This document shows positions 26,103 through 39,660 of a stretch of DNA of 64,000 nt, piece by piece. The position numbers and the translations under genes are program-made. This DNA comes from Octopus sinensis. Taxonomy: Eukaryota. The stretch is from assembly GCF_006345805.1 (NCBI RefSeq), contig NC_043013.1, positions 35,898,001 through 35,962,000 of the forward strand, written 5' to 3'. Positions within the stretch are counted from its first letter, which is position 1. Every line of letters begins with the position of its first letter. The notes beneath the pieces were generated by a model. It was given only the letters and a program-made list of their open reading frames with translations, did not search any database and had not been told where the DNA came from.

Positions 26103-26112
26103 TAATAATAAC

Positions 26113-26151
<39 letters not shown>

Positions 26152-27044
26152 TAATAACAATAACAGCAACAACAATAATAGTAATAATAATAATAACAAC
26201 AACAACAACAACAATAATAATAAGCAAAGAAAATGAATGCTCTGAAGCATTAAATATTTCAAGAAAAAAAATTTCTACTTTCACTTTCCGTTTTGATTAT
26301 TACCCTTTAAAGTTTTGATTTTTACATTGAACTTCTTTATTTCTTTTCTTCTTCGTATCTTTATTTCTTTATTTATTGAGGGTGGTAGAAAATACAGATT
26401 GTGTTCACAATAATGGTAGCAATAGGGATTGGTGAAATGCATTGCCATTCAATGATGGTGATGGTGGTGCTGCTGCTGAAAATATAGTATTGTTGCGAGG
26501 GTATCTTACACCAAATACTTTATTTTTTTGTTTATATATATCTATATTTATTTAGTTATATATTTATCTTGTTTTCTACAGTATGTTTCCTTATGTATTT
26601 TAACCACATTTTTGTAAACTTTTTGTGTATATTATTTGCCTTTTGACTTATTGTCAAGGCTTGGAGATGGGATGCAGTAGACTAGGAGGTGATGGTTAAC
26701 ACATAACAATCAATGCTTTTTAATTTTGAATGCATTTTATTTGTTTTGTATTACATACTTTTTGTTCTATTTCTATATTTTTCTGTTTATCTTTTTCTTA
26801 CTCATTGTATCGACTGCATCTTGAACTAGTGCATAAGGAAAGATAACAAGAAATCACACAAAATTGTAATAATTATGAAAGTAAAAAGGAATATTTAAAA
26901 ACATTAAAAACACTTTTATATGAGTATGTGTATGAGTGTGTGTGTGTATACATACATACATAAATACATATATATATATATATACATACACATATAAGTA
27001 TATATAGATATACATATATATATATACACATACATACACATATA

Positions 27045-27091
<47 letters not shown>

Positions 27092-27219
27092 TCACACATA
27101 TACATTATATGTCTGTATATTCATATACATGTGGAGTGATAGATAGATAGACAAATAGATGTTAACTTCATTTTAACACTGCAACAAGACTTAATTTATT
27201 AACATATACATGTGTGTGA

Positions 27220-27311
<92 letters not shown>

Positions 27312-27436
27312 CATATATATATACATACATATATATATATATATATACATACACACACATACATATATGTATATATATATATATATTATATATATATACA
27401 TATATATACATGTATATATATATATATATTATATAT

Positions 27437-27484
<48 letters not shown>

Positions 27485-27671
27485 GTATGTATACATTTAT
27501 ATACATACATATATATGGATATACTGATAAATAGATCGAAGTTAACTTGATTTTAACATTGCGACTAAATTTCCTTTATTAAAATACAAATAAATACATA
27601 CATATATACCTACATGCACATATATTTACGTATATATACACATACATACACACAGATGCACACATACATAC

Positions 27672-27702
<31 letters not shown>

Positions 27703-28559
27703 CATACATACATACATACATACATACATACATACATACATACATACACGTGTAAGTTTGAAAAGAAAATTTTGTTAAGATGTTAAAATCAAGTTAAGAA
27801 TTTAAGTGAAGTTGAGTGGATGTAAGGCAAAATACAGGGAACTGGATGGTGTAGATGTAGTTAGGGGTTAGGGTTAGATGTTGATTGTAGAGGCCAATGT
27901 TGAAGTAATATAGCTGTGGAAAAGGGTGAGAGGTGTTAATAATTTTGTTATTGATGGTGTTTGTAGTGGTGATGTTGGCAGGTGATGGTGATGGTGGTGG
28001 TCGTGGTGGTGATCGTGGTGGTCGTGGTGGTGGTTGTGGTTGTGGTGATGGTTGTGGTGGTGGTTGTAGAGGTGTTGTTGGTGGTTGAGGGTGCTGATGC
28101 TGGAGGTGAAGAGGAATAGAGGTGCTACTTGTTGTTGTGGTGGTAGCTGTGGAGGTGGTTGTGGTGATGGTGACGGCTGTGGTGACGGTTGTGGCTGTGG
28201 TGGTGTGGGTGGGGTGTTGAAGGGGGTAGTGGATGTGGTGGTGCCTGTAGTGGCAATAAATGGTGGTGGTGATGGTGGTGGTGGTGGTGCCTGTAGTGGC
28301 AATTAAACATGGTGGTGGGGGTGATGGTAATGACAAAAGTAGTGGTAGTATTAGAGAGGACAATGGTAGTATTGGTAGTAGTTATTGACAGCAGTTATAA
28401 TGGTGAAGTACATGTTGAAGTAGGAGTGGTAATTGGTATATTCATAACAGTGATGAGTGGTGGTAACGAAGTGTGGATGTTTTATCTGGGTGGGGCAGTG
28501 CTGACAGCCATGATTAAATGGTTTCAAATCTCAAATTGATCTGAGGGTAATGTAAGATG

Positions 28560-28967
28560 AAGTTAAGTTAAGTCGAGTTAATTTTTTGGCTCAAAAAGCA
28601 AAAGCAAGGCCATGTAGGGGGACATGGAGTTATGTACAGGGTGGTGTTCATGCAAAGAGTTCAGGCCATTTCTGGTCAAGAGAGACTTCGAACTGAGCGG
28701 TCGTCGGCATCTTCACTATCGCGTCCGGCAGCTTATTCCACGGGTCTGCAACCCGGACAGAGAAAGCCCCTCTCCTTCGATTGAGATGAAATCGTCGCAG
28801 ATACAGCTTTTCGGAGTGACCCCGCAGCCGACGCTCTGGAGCAGGAGTGAAGAACAGCTCTCTCGAGAGGTTACACTTTCCGCTTATGATGTTGTGAGCA
28901 AGAATGAGATCACCACGGCATCGTCATTTTTCTAGAGTATAAAGGTCGAGTGTCTTCAGCCTTTCTT
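28560..28967 (-). mobile_element. 5'-truncated CR1-clade LINE 3' end (ORF2 C-terminus, 3' UTR, (TAACT)n tail)
   Basis: The minus strand translates ERLKTLDLYTLEK*RCRGDLILAHNII...RLRGHSEKLY...FSVRVADPWNKLPDAIV...ELFA*, containing the CR1 motifs RGDL, RGH..KL and FS.RV...WN.LP. Confidence 0.9.
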
Positions 28968-29361
28968 TATAAGACAGAAGAACACAATTCACCACCTGAC
29001 CCAGGAAATGAAACCACGTCCTTGTGATTATGAGTGTAAAACCATAACCAGTTGGCCACGAGCCCTCATTAATATAAACTCTGACAAAGAAGATAAAAAG
29101 CAAACTTGATGGGGCCTACACACATATGGTCTTTGCTGCTCCCAACAAATTAAGGAAAAACCATCCAATGAAAGAAGAGCTTTAAGGGAACATCTTCAAC
29201 ACAGAGATGCAGGGGTGGCTGTGTGGTAAGCAGTTTGCTTCAGAGCCACCTAGTTCTTGGTTCAGTCCCACTGCAAGGCACATTGGGCAAGCATCTTCTT
29301 CTATAGCTTCTGGCTGACCAAAATCTTGTTAGTTGAATCACTAGATGGAAATGAAAGAATC

Positions 29362-29394
<33 letters not shown>

Positions 29395-29397
<3 letters not shown>

Positions 29398-29599
29398 ATT
29401 CTTTTATTTGTTTCAGTCATCTGATTGCAGCCATGCTAGAGCACCACTTTTAGTTGAACAAATCTACCCCAGGACTTATTCTTTGTAAGCCTAGTACATA
29501 TTCTATTGCTCTCTTTTTCCAGAACTGCAAAGTTATGGGGATGTAAACACACCAGCATCGGTAGTCAAGCGATAGTGGGGGGACAAATGCAGACACACA

Positions 29600-29648
<49 letters not shown>

Positions 29649-29785
29649 ATGTACGACAGGCTTCTTTCAGTTTCCATCTACAAAATCCACTCACAAGGGG
29701 AAGATACTTGCCCAAGGTGCCACGCAGTGGGACTGAACCCGGAACCATGTGGTTGGTAAGCAAGCTACTTACAATATACCCACTC
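29395..29785 (-). mobile_element. tRNA-derived SINE (dominant family)
   Basis: Reverse-complement match to 3410-3810 with a small deletion. Confidence 0.85.
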
Positions 29786-29807
29786 CAGTGTCTATATATA
29801 TACATAC

Positions 29808-29862
<55 letters not shown>

Positions 29863-30444
29863 CATATATATATATACTTATATATGTTGTGTGTGTGTGT
29901 TTGTATGTGTGCATGTGTGTATGCGTAATTATGCATGTCTGTCTGTTTTTGTGTCTGTGTTTGTCCCCATCACCGCTTGGCAACCAGTGTTGGTGTATTT
30001 ATGTCCCTACAACTCAGTGGTTCAGTAAAAGAGACTGATAGAATAAATACCAGGTTTAAAACAAAAGATATAAGTATTAGCGTCAATTCATTTGGTTAAA
30101 AGTTCTTTAACACAGTGCCCCTGCATGGCCACAGTCTAACAAAAGAAACAAGGAAAGGAAGAAAAATAAAAGATAAAAGATATCATCAATCGATGATAAG
30201 ATATGCCAAGGACAAGATATGCTGATCACTGCTACTGAAGCAAAGATGAGTGCGCTCCTCCTGTAGACCCTGAACATGGGACTTACTGTGCGGAACAACT
30301 CAGAATGATGTACATAGGCCAATTCTATTGTGATGCTGAATTACAAACAGCAGATCCCAACAATGTCCTGAATGACTGGAACACTTTCAGAGAACACAGG
30401 ATTTGATCTGGGCAATGCATTTGAAGCAATGTTGATGAACCATA

Positions 30445-30900
30445 TCCAGTACTTTGGGATGCCAAACGCATTGTGTTTATTGACTTTCTTCAAAGGGCCA
30501 CACTATTAATGGAGAGTACTATGCCAACTTTCTGAGGCAGTTACAAAAGACTATCAAGACCAGATGCCCAGGAAATTTGACAAAAGGGTCTCGTTCATTT
30601 CATCAGGACAATGCTCCAGCACACGAGTCCTTGGTTTCAAATGGTTGCCGTGACTGACTGTGGCTTTGAACTGGTTGATCACCCTCTCAATTTTTTCTGA
30701 TTTGGCCCCATCTGACTACCATCTGGATGGTCATGGTTGGAACATAAAAAATCCCTTGGCTGGGAACTAGTATCACAGGGATGATGATGTTGTATCTACT
30801 GTCAATTACTTTTTTAACTAACAGGATGCAGATGCTTCAACAGTGGGATCCAAACATGGCAACATGGTTGGAAGAAGTGTGTGGACTACAAAACCTCATT
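30445..30900 (+). pseudogene. Decayed mariner (DD34D) transposase fragment
   Basis: VLWDAKRIVFIDFL, INGEYYANFLRQL, HQDNAPAH, DLAPSDYHL and WKKCVD across frameshifts. Confidence 0.88.
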
Positions 30901-31290
30901 TACTCTTTTACTCTTTCATTTTTTTCAGTCGTTTGACTGCAGCCATGCTGGAGCACCACCTTTAGTTGAACAAATTGACCCCAGGATTTATTCTTTGTAA
31001 ACCTAGTACTTATTCTATTGGACTCTTTAGCCGAACTGCTAAGTTACGGAGACGTAAACACACCAGAATTTGTTGTCAAGCAATGGGAGACAAATACAGA
31101 CACACACACACACATACAACAGGCTTCTTTCAGTTTCTGTCTACCAAATCCACTCACAAGGCTTTGGTCAGCCTGAGGCTATAGTAGAAGACACTTGCCC
31201 AAAATGCCATGCAATGGGACTGAACCCAGAACCATGTGGTTGGTAACCACACGGCCACTCCTAGCTACTTTCCACATAGCCACTCCTGTG
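30901..31290 (-). mobile_element. tRNA-derived SINE (dominant family)
   Basis: Reverse-complement match to the family. Confidence 0.85.
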
Positions 31291-32175
31291 CCTGGTCACA
31301 TTCCATGTGAATCTCTTTGTGGGCCTATGAACTTTGCACCTGTCCATCGTACCCGAAGTTATAACAATTATTCTATATTTTTGCATACCATGACTCAGCA
31401 AATTTTAAAATACTTTAAAGGTAAAACCAGAATTACGATTTGTTGTCCTGTGCATAAAAAAACATCACCCAACCAACCAACACACTGGCCAAATACAAAT
31501 CATTCACAAACACTCCATCTCCAAACAGAACATCTTCCAAGCCGTCAACCACCGAGATACCATGTGATGCTATGTCGCTGGATGGTGTGTTGTTGGATGT
31601 TGTATTGGTGAATGGTGTGTGAGGAGATGGCATTTTGGTGGACACACCATCCGACAATGGTGCTACCCACTTGTAGCAGCATCAGCTAGAATTCACTTTC
31701 ACTTTCTCTTTCCCTCCCCCGATCTCTCTAGTTTTTACTTTATCATTTCTTCTTCTCATTCCTCTCTCTCTCACCCACTTTTAATCCTACTTTTTCTCTT
31801 ATCCTACCACTTGTTTTGACTCTCCTTCATTCACTGTCTCTCCTTGTCCTCCACACACTCTCATCTATGTATACCCTCTCTCCATCAAACACTCTTTTTT
31901 CTCTTTCTTTTTATTTTTACCTCTTCATTCTATTCTATCTTATCCTTTTCTACCTGTTTCCTCTTCTCTTGCTCACTCACTCAGTATATATATGTGTGTG
32001 TATGTTTGTGTGTGTGTGTGTGTGTGTATGTTTGTGTGTGTGTGTGTGTGTGTATGTGTGTGTATCTTTCCCTCTCTATCACCTACACACCCTTTTTCTG
32101 CATTTATATATACATGTAGTTATATTTGTGAGTATTCATTTATGAATATGTATGTGTGTGTGTATATATGATATA

Positions 32176-32207
<32 letters not shown>

Positions 32208-32550
32208 TATAATATCAATAGGTATATATATTTAAGAGTGTATGTACAATAAATATATTAATTATACATGTATACATACATTTATATGTATGTGTGTGTG
32301 CATGCGTATGTGTGTATGTGTGTGTATATATATATATATATATACACACATACATATATACATACATACATACATACATACATACATACATACATACATA
32401 CATACATACATACATACATACATGCATACACCAACACACACATGTAGCATAATCAAAATTGTTTTAATTTATTTATTTTGTTTTTCATTTTTATATTTTC
32501 ACTTCTACATCCAATATTTTGTATCGTTTCTCTTTGGGTTTTGTTCTTTC

Positions 32551-32611
<61 letters not shown>

Positions 32612-33219
32612 ACCCTCTTTCTCTCTCCCCCTCTCTCCCCTTCTTAATCTCTCTCACTTTCTCTTTCTCTCTCTCGCTCTCCCTCCCCCCACACTCTTCC
32701 TGTAACCAGAATGTAATTTATGCATTAAGTTGAATATGTAGTGAGAGTAACAAAGTGACACATTAGCCTCTGGCTACCTTCAACGATTGATTGCAGATCG
32801 GCAAAGAACGGAGACCATAGAACGAACAACGAAACAACGAAGAACAGGGGAATGGTGGATGTAGGATGGAGGATGGAAGAACGGAGGATGGAGGATGGAG
32901 GAAGGAAGAACGGAGGATGGAGGAAAGCTGAATCAGAATTGGTGACAAGACAGAAACAGACAATGAGGGGCCTAGGTGTGGAGATAGTAGTGATGGTGAT
33001 GGGGATGGTGGCAGTGGATGTGTTGGTGGCGGTAGTCTTGGTGGTGGTGGGGTGGTGGTGGTGGTGGTGGTGCTTCTGATAGCATTGGTAATGTGATGTT
33101 AGGGATGGTGCTGATGAATATAGTGGTTGTTATGGTTGTTGTAGTGATGTTGTTGTTGGTTGTGTTGTTGTTGTTGTTCTTCTTCTTCGTGTTGGTGGCA
33201 ATGTTGATGGTATAGGTAT

Positions 33220-33925
33220 CAGTGGTGGTTATTGTAGTGATGATGATGACAATGACATTGATGATGATGATGATGATGATGATGAAAGTGTTGATGAAGA
33301 TGATGATGATGATGACGATGATGACTATGATGATGGTAGTGGTGGTGATGGTGGTGATGATGATGATGATGATGATGACGATGATGATGATGATGATGAA
33401 AGTGTTGATGAAGATGATGATGATGATGACGATGATGACGATGGTGATGGTGGTGGTGGTGGTGATGATGATGATGACGACGATGACGATGATGATGATG
33501 ATGAAAGTGTTGATGAAGATGATGATGATGACGATGATGACGAAGATGATGGTGGTGGTGGTGGTGATGATGATGATGATGATGAAAGTGATGATGATGA
33601 TGACAACGATGACAATGATGATGATGATGGCAATCGACAATGATGACGATAATAACAACAATGATGATGACAGTTAACAAATACAATGATGACAATGATG
33701 ATGATTATTGATGATGACAATAACTGACAATGACAATGATTGACAACAATGGCATTGATGATGATGATGATGATTGACAATGATAATGTTGACATTGACG
33801 ATGATGATGATGACAACAACGATTATGGTGATGATGATAACTGTCAAGATAATGAGATTGAGGATGATGACGACGACAACAATGATAACGATGATGACGA
33901 TGATGATGATGATGATGATGATGTT
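33220..33925. repeat. (GAT)n trinucleotide array with higher-order repeats
   Basis: gatgaaagtgttgatgaagatg is repeated three times. Confidence 0.9.
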
Positions 33926-34304
33926 GGCAATAGGGATTACTGCTTGTGTTGTAGATAATGTTTGTGCTGAAGGTAATGATGGAGGAGGGATGGGCATGGT
34001 AGAAAGGGCAAGGTAGGTGTTTGGACAGGTTCACTGTTGTGAAGATGGTAGAAACAATAATGAACTCGGTGGAGATGAAGTGTGTTGTGTGTGGACAGAA
34101 GATGAAAACAAGGGACATAAAGCAGCTGACTATGGTGATGGTGGCAGTGTTGGCTTTTGCCAGTGGTGGTCATATTGTCCATAATGATTACTGATATGGC
34201 CGTTGATGTTGTTGTTGTTATTGTTGGTAGTTTTTAACAGTTGTGGTAGTTGTATTGGTAATAGTTACAGTGGTTTATTGCTGTTAATATTGATATATAG
34301 TTGT

Positions 34305-34930
34305 GGTGGAGTGTTGGCAGAAACATTAGCACATTGGGCGAAATGCTTAGCGGTATTTCATCTGTCTTTACATTCTGAGTTCAAATTCTGCTGAGGTCGA
34401 TTTTGCCTTTCGTCCTTTCAGGATCGATTAAATAAGTACCATTTACACACCGGGGTCAATAAAATCGACTTAATCCGTTTGTCTATCCTTGTTTGTCCTC
34501 TCTGTGTTTAGCTCCTTGTGGGTAGTAAAGAAATAGGTATTTCATCTGTCTTTACATTCTGAGTTCAAATTCTACTGAGGTCAACTTTCAGGGTCGATAA
34601 ATTAAGTACCAGTTGCATACTGGAGTCGATCTAATCGACTGGCCGCCAATCCCCAAAAACTTTTGGCCTTATGCTTAGAGCAAAAGAGAATATCGAATTT
34701 GTTGTGTCCAGCAAGCTGGCAGAAACATTAGCCTGCTGAGCGAAATGCTTAGCGGTATTTCGTCTGTCATTACATTCCCTTTACGTTCTGAGTTCAAATT
34801 CCACCAAGGTCAGCTTTCTCTTTCATCCTTTCAGGGACGATAAAATATGTACCAGTCAAACACTGGGGTCAATGCAATTGATTTATCTCCACCCCTGTAA
34901 TTGCTGGTTTAGAGCCAAAATTTAAAATCA
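34305..34930 (+). mobile_element. Cluster/tandem of CORE-type SINEs
   Basis: Three occurrences of ggtatttc.tctgtc...ttctgagttcaaatt. Confidence 0.8.
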
Positions 34931-35902
34931 TTATTTTTGTTTTTAATCGTAGGGATTGTTGTTGAACCTTTGGAGAGACTTGCTGAAGTAAAACTATGAT
35001 CACTGGGATTCCAACCATGACCATCCTATGTAATTTTCTTATAATAACAGCAAGGTTACAACTTGAAAAAATTTGGCTACTATTTGTAGCAGGTCAAGCA
35101 TCTATTTGTAGAGGTTGTTTCATTGGTTTCTGTTGTTACTGTCGGAATGTTAGTCATGGTGGTGATGGAGGTGGTGGTGGTGATGGTGGTGGCGGTGGTG
35201 TGGTGGTGACGGTGGTGGTGGTGATGCTGCTGGTGTTGCTATTGGGGGAGGTGGTCATCATCAAGATGCTGCTGGTGTTTGTATTGACACTATTGGTGGT
35301 GATGATGGTGGTGGTGGTGGTAGTGGCAGTGGTGATAGGTAGCATTCTGTTTGTGCTGGTGGTGGTTGTGGTGGTGGTAGTGGTGGTGGTAGGTGGTGGT
35401 GGTGATTGCAGTGGCAGCAGTGATGGTGTTGGTAGTTGTGGATGGTAGTGGTTGTAGTAGCGATGGTTGCGGTGGTTGTAGCAGTAATGATGTTCTTGGT
35501 TGATAATAGCTGTTGAGGTGATTGTGGTTATTAGTAATGGCATTCCAGGTTCTCATTGTGGTAAAGGTGGCAGAGGCTGTGGTGATGGTCGTGGTTGTAA
35601 TGGTATTGTCCTTTTTTTTTTTGCTCTTGTGTGTGTGTTTTTGTTTTTACATTGTAATGTTGAGGGTGATGGTGATGGCGAAGGGGGAGTTCCATTCATT
35701 CAAAGATTTTTTGTTATTTTGTTTGGTTTTTTTTTGTTGCTTTTTTTTTTGTTTTTTTTTCTGGGTTTCTGTTTTGTTTTGGGGCTTTTTTGTAGGTGGT
35801 GGAGCAACCACACTGATGAGCCTATTAGAATAACCTCTGCAGGCATGAACTCACTCCCTGGGTTCATTAAAAGGAAGAAAAAGAAGAAAGCCAAATATAT
35901 AT

Positions 35903-35950
<48 letters not shown>

Positions 35951-36226
35951 AAAATTAAATAACAAAACAGAAAATTAGAAGGAAAAATAAAAAACAAATA
36001 TAACAAAAGTAAAATATAGCAAATAAACAAAAACAATAACAACATATACATATATATATAAATAAATAAAAAAGAGAAGAAAAAATATCAGCAAAAAAAA
36101 AATATAAATAAACTGAAGCTTCAGGCAAATACTATATATAATGTGGATTCTGAAGTTGTTTTTATGTAAATGGTGTAGATATGTAGTGGCAGGAGGGATA
36201 GTGTGAGGGGGAGAGAGAGAGAGGGA

Positions 36227-36264
<38 letters not shown>

Positions 36265-36865
36265 TGTGTATGTGTTAGTATGTGAAACAAGAGTGAGGAA
36301 GATAGAGACAAACAATCTTATCTGCCATGCAAGTCTTTATTAATTCACTCAAACACTACCGCTGCTGCTGATACTACTGCTACTACTGCTACTACTGCTG
36401 CTACTGCTACTACTACTGCTATTATACAACACCACAAGAACTACAGCAATCACCAGCACATCCACCACCACCACCACAATGACCACCACTACCACTGCCA
36501 CAACCACAACCTCAACTACCACCACATCAACCACAACAACGACAACAATAACCCCACCACCACTATATCCAAGCACTATGGTCTCTACTACAACCACCAC
36601 AACCACCACTACAACCACAACCACCACTGCAGCCACCACCATGACCTCTGCACAACCACTACAACCCAAGTCAACAGAACTGCCATTTCAGCCACTACCT
36701 CCAAACACCAGGATCACTACCACAATCACCACTACAACCACAGCCTCTACTCCCACCACAGCAACCACAGCCCATACTGCATCTGCCACTGTTGCAATAG
36801 CCTTGACAGCCACATTCCTGATCATGCAACTACCATACTCTACCAGTCTTAGACAAGACAACTAG

Positions 36866-36928
<63 letters not shown>

Positions 36929-37079
36929 TATCATCATCATCATCACCATCATTATACCTAAACTGAAAGAGATCGACCAATCAACGAAGCCAGCAAAATC
37001 AACAACCAACCATCCAACTTACCAACCAGGTCACATGAGCCAATGAGATACGTGTTAGGCTATGTAATCCTAAATCACG

Positions 37080-37318
37080 TTCATCCCCTTCAGCAGCAAC
37101 ATCGTCATTGTCATCATCATAATCATCATCATCATCGTCATCATCATCGTCATTGTCATCATCATAATCATCATCATCATTGCCATTGTCATCATAATCA
37201 TCATCATCAGCAGCAGCAGCAACATTATCATTATCATCATCATTGTCCTTATCATCATCATAATCATCATCATCATCGTTATCATTGTCATCATTATCAC
37301 CTTCATTGTCATCGTCAT

Positions 37319-37352
<34 letters not shown>

Positions 37353-37572
37353 GTCATCTTCGTCGTCGTTGTCACCATCGTCGTTGTCATTATCGTCATC
37401 ATCATCATCGTCATCATCATTGTCAACATCATTGTCGTCGTCACCATGTTCATCGTTGTCATCATCATCATCACCATCATCATCGTTGTCACCGTCATCA
37501 TTGTTGTCGCCCTCATCGTCGTAATCACCATCATCTTTATCATCATAACCCTCATCATCACCATCATCATCG
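37080..37572. repeat. (CAT/CGT)n trinucleotide array
   Basis: Seen directly; the source of a poly-His ORF. Confidence 0.9.
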
Positions 37573-38080
37573 TTTTTAACTTTCGCTTATCCACGCTTGC
37601 ATGAGTTAGACAGAGCTTTTTTTTTTTTTTTGAGGCAGATTTCATTTTTCTGCATCCGGATGCCTATCTTGTTACCAACCTTCACCTGTTTTCAAGCATG
37701 GCCAGACAAACGAGGACACACACGCACACATACAGACACACACACACACATCCATACACACACTTTGAAAGGTTTGGCATTAGGAAAAGACGTCCAGCTA
37801 TGGAAATCATACAAAAGCTGACACTGGAATTTGAAACAGACATGTGACTGTCTGGATCCTGGCAAATTATCCAACCCATACCAGCATGGAAAACATACGT
37901 TAAGGGAATAGTAAAACAATGATTCATTGCAGTACAAGTTTAATTTGTTCTATGACCCAGCTTGTTTTACGATTTACTCAATTTTTCCCATCGAAATCAA
38001 CTAAAGTATGATTAAACCATCCCTGCCCACCAAAAACCACTCAAAAATAATTTTTTATGGATTTTAAAACAGAAAAGGTG

Positions 38081-38287
38081 TATTCTGTTGTGTCTGGGGA
38101 GAGTCATTTTCTTTTTGTGCCTTGTAATTTAATACACTGACCGGTAAAATTTTCACTTATTCCATTTTTATTTTCCAAAAATATTTTAGGAAAATAGAAA
38201 TTAGGAATAAGTGGAAATTTTATCGGTGAGTGTGTTAAATTATAAGGCATAAAAAAGAAAATGACTCTCCCCAGACACAACAGAATA
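38081..38287. repeat. ~100-bp-arm fold-back palindrome
   Basis: tattctgttgtgtctggggagagtcattttcttttt ... aaaaagaaaatgactctccccagacacaacagaata, with essentially no spacer. Confidence 0.9.
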
Positions 38288-38910
38288 TGCTTCAACACAC
38301 GAACTCACATAAAGAATCTTGCAAACCAAATCCAAAAACGAAAGAAAAGGTGTAGTTACAGGTAAAATGACAATTATAAAAAAGAGGATGCAAAAGAAAT
38401 ATGTAAACTGGTTTTATTCACTGAATTACTTTAAAGATGGGACAGTTTGTGTGCTTGTACTCTTTTACTCTTACTTGTTTCAGTCATTTGACTGAGGCCA
38501 TGCTGGAGCACCACTTTTAGTCAAACAAATCAACCCCAGGATTTATTGTTTGTAAGCCTAGTACTTTATACTATAGGTCTCTTTTACCAAACCACTAAGT
38601 TATGGGGAAGTAAGCACACCAGCATCAGTTGTCAAGCGATGGTGGGGGTACAAACACAGTCACACAAACATATACACACGGCAGAAATGTTGGCACGCCG
38701 GGCAAAATGCTTATCGGTATTTCGTCTGCCGCTGTGTTCTGAGTTCAAATTCCGCCGAGGTAGACTTTGCCTTTCCTCTTTCGGGGTCAATTAAATGAGT
38801 AGCAGTTATGCACTGGGGTCGATATAATCGACTTAATCCATTTGTCTGTCCTTGTTTGTCCCATCTGTGTGTAGCTCCTTGTGGGCAGTAAAGAAATAAC
38901 AAACATATAA

Positions 38911-38945
<35 letters not shown>

Positions 38946-39264
38946 CGACAGACTTCTTTCAGTTTCCATGTGGATTTCTGCTTGTACTTCAAGATAAAAG
39001 TTCATGCAAGTCTCGGCTCGTACAGCAAATTACTCATAAAATGGGGCACTCATACTGTGAGGTTCTACTGTAACGGTAATATAATGAAAAATTACAGCAG
39101 TAGAACAATGTTAAGAAAAAATAAACCAAGGAATCTGGAAACTACAGAATACAAACAATTGGAAGCATTCTACCAAAAATTAAAAAGGAGTATTTGCAAT
39201 GATGTTTAACAGACTTTTCGAATATTCAGAAGCAACACAGAACAACATACGAAATTGTTAAGAT

Positions 39265-39660
39265 AAAAAAAAAATATCAATCTCTTGGAAACTGTTCAGA
39301 AATGTGCAACTAGACGAATATTTGCTGTCAGGTATCTACCATACTCTGAATGTCATGCTTCTCTGGGCATGGACACATTAAGGCTCCAATATTTGGCAAC
39401 TGACTTGGTAGACACCCACAAGATTATCCACCATATATCTAACAACAATCTTGGGCAATTTTTAGAATTCCATATGTCTAATTCTCATGGACATGCTTAT
39501 GAATTCAAAACAACACAGCATCCGTGGCTGGCATTCAGAAACAATTTTCCAGGCTCAAAATTACTGAAGCATGGAATAAATAAACTTCCTGCATCAGTTG
39601 TTAGCTGTCAGAACATTACATCCTTCAAAACTTCCTGAAATTCGCCGACAAAACACCTGA
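39265..39660 (+). pseudogene. Old CR1/L2-group LINE ORF2 C-terminal fragment
   Basis: LETVQKCATRRI...LPYSE...LGMDTL...DLVDTHKII...HGHAYE...NKLPASVV...SFK. Confidence 0.85.

Noticed and set aside
27861-27877. TTAGGG-like telomeric motif
   Set aside because: Only about two imperfect units; compatible with chance.
28624-28935. 103-aa plus-strand ORF
   Set aside because: It is the antisense reading of the CR1 ORF2 fragment.
31290-31560. Possible decayed LINE fragment (138-aa ORF)
   Set aside because: No diagnostic motif could be read; the ORF start lies in a SINE.
35813-35850. CTGATGAG-cct...agg resembling a hammerhead 5' half
   Set aside because: No GAAA follows the putative stem II, and there is no stem I or III.
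36479-36865. Mucin-like Thr-rich ORF
   Set aside because: Degenerate (ACC/ACA)n tract like many others in the window.
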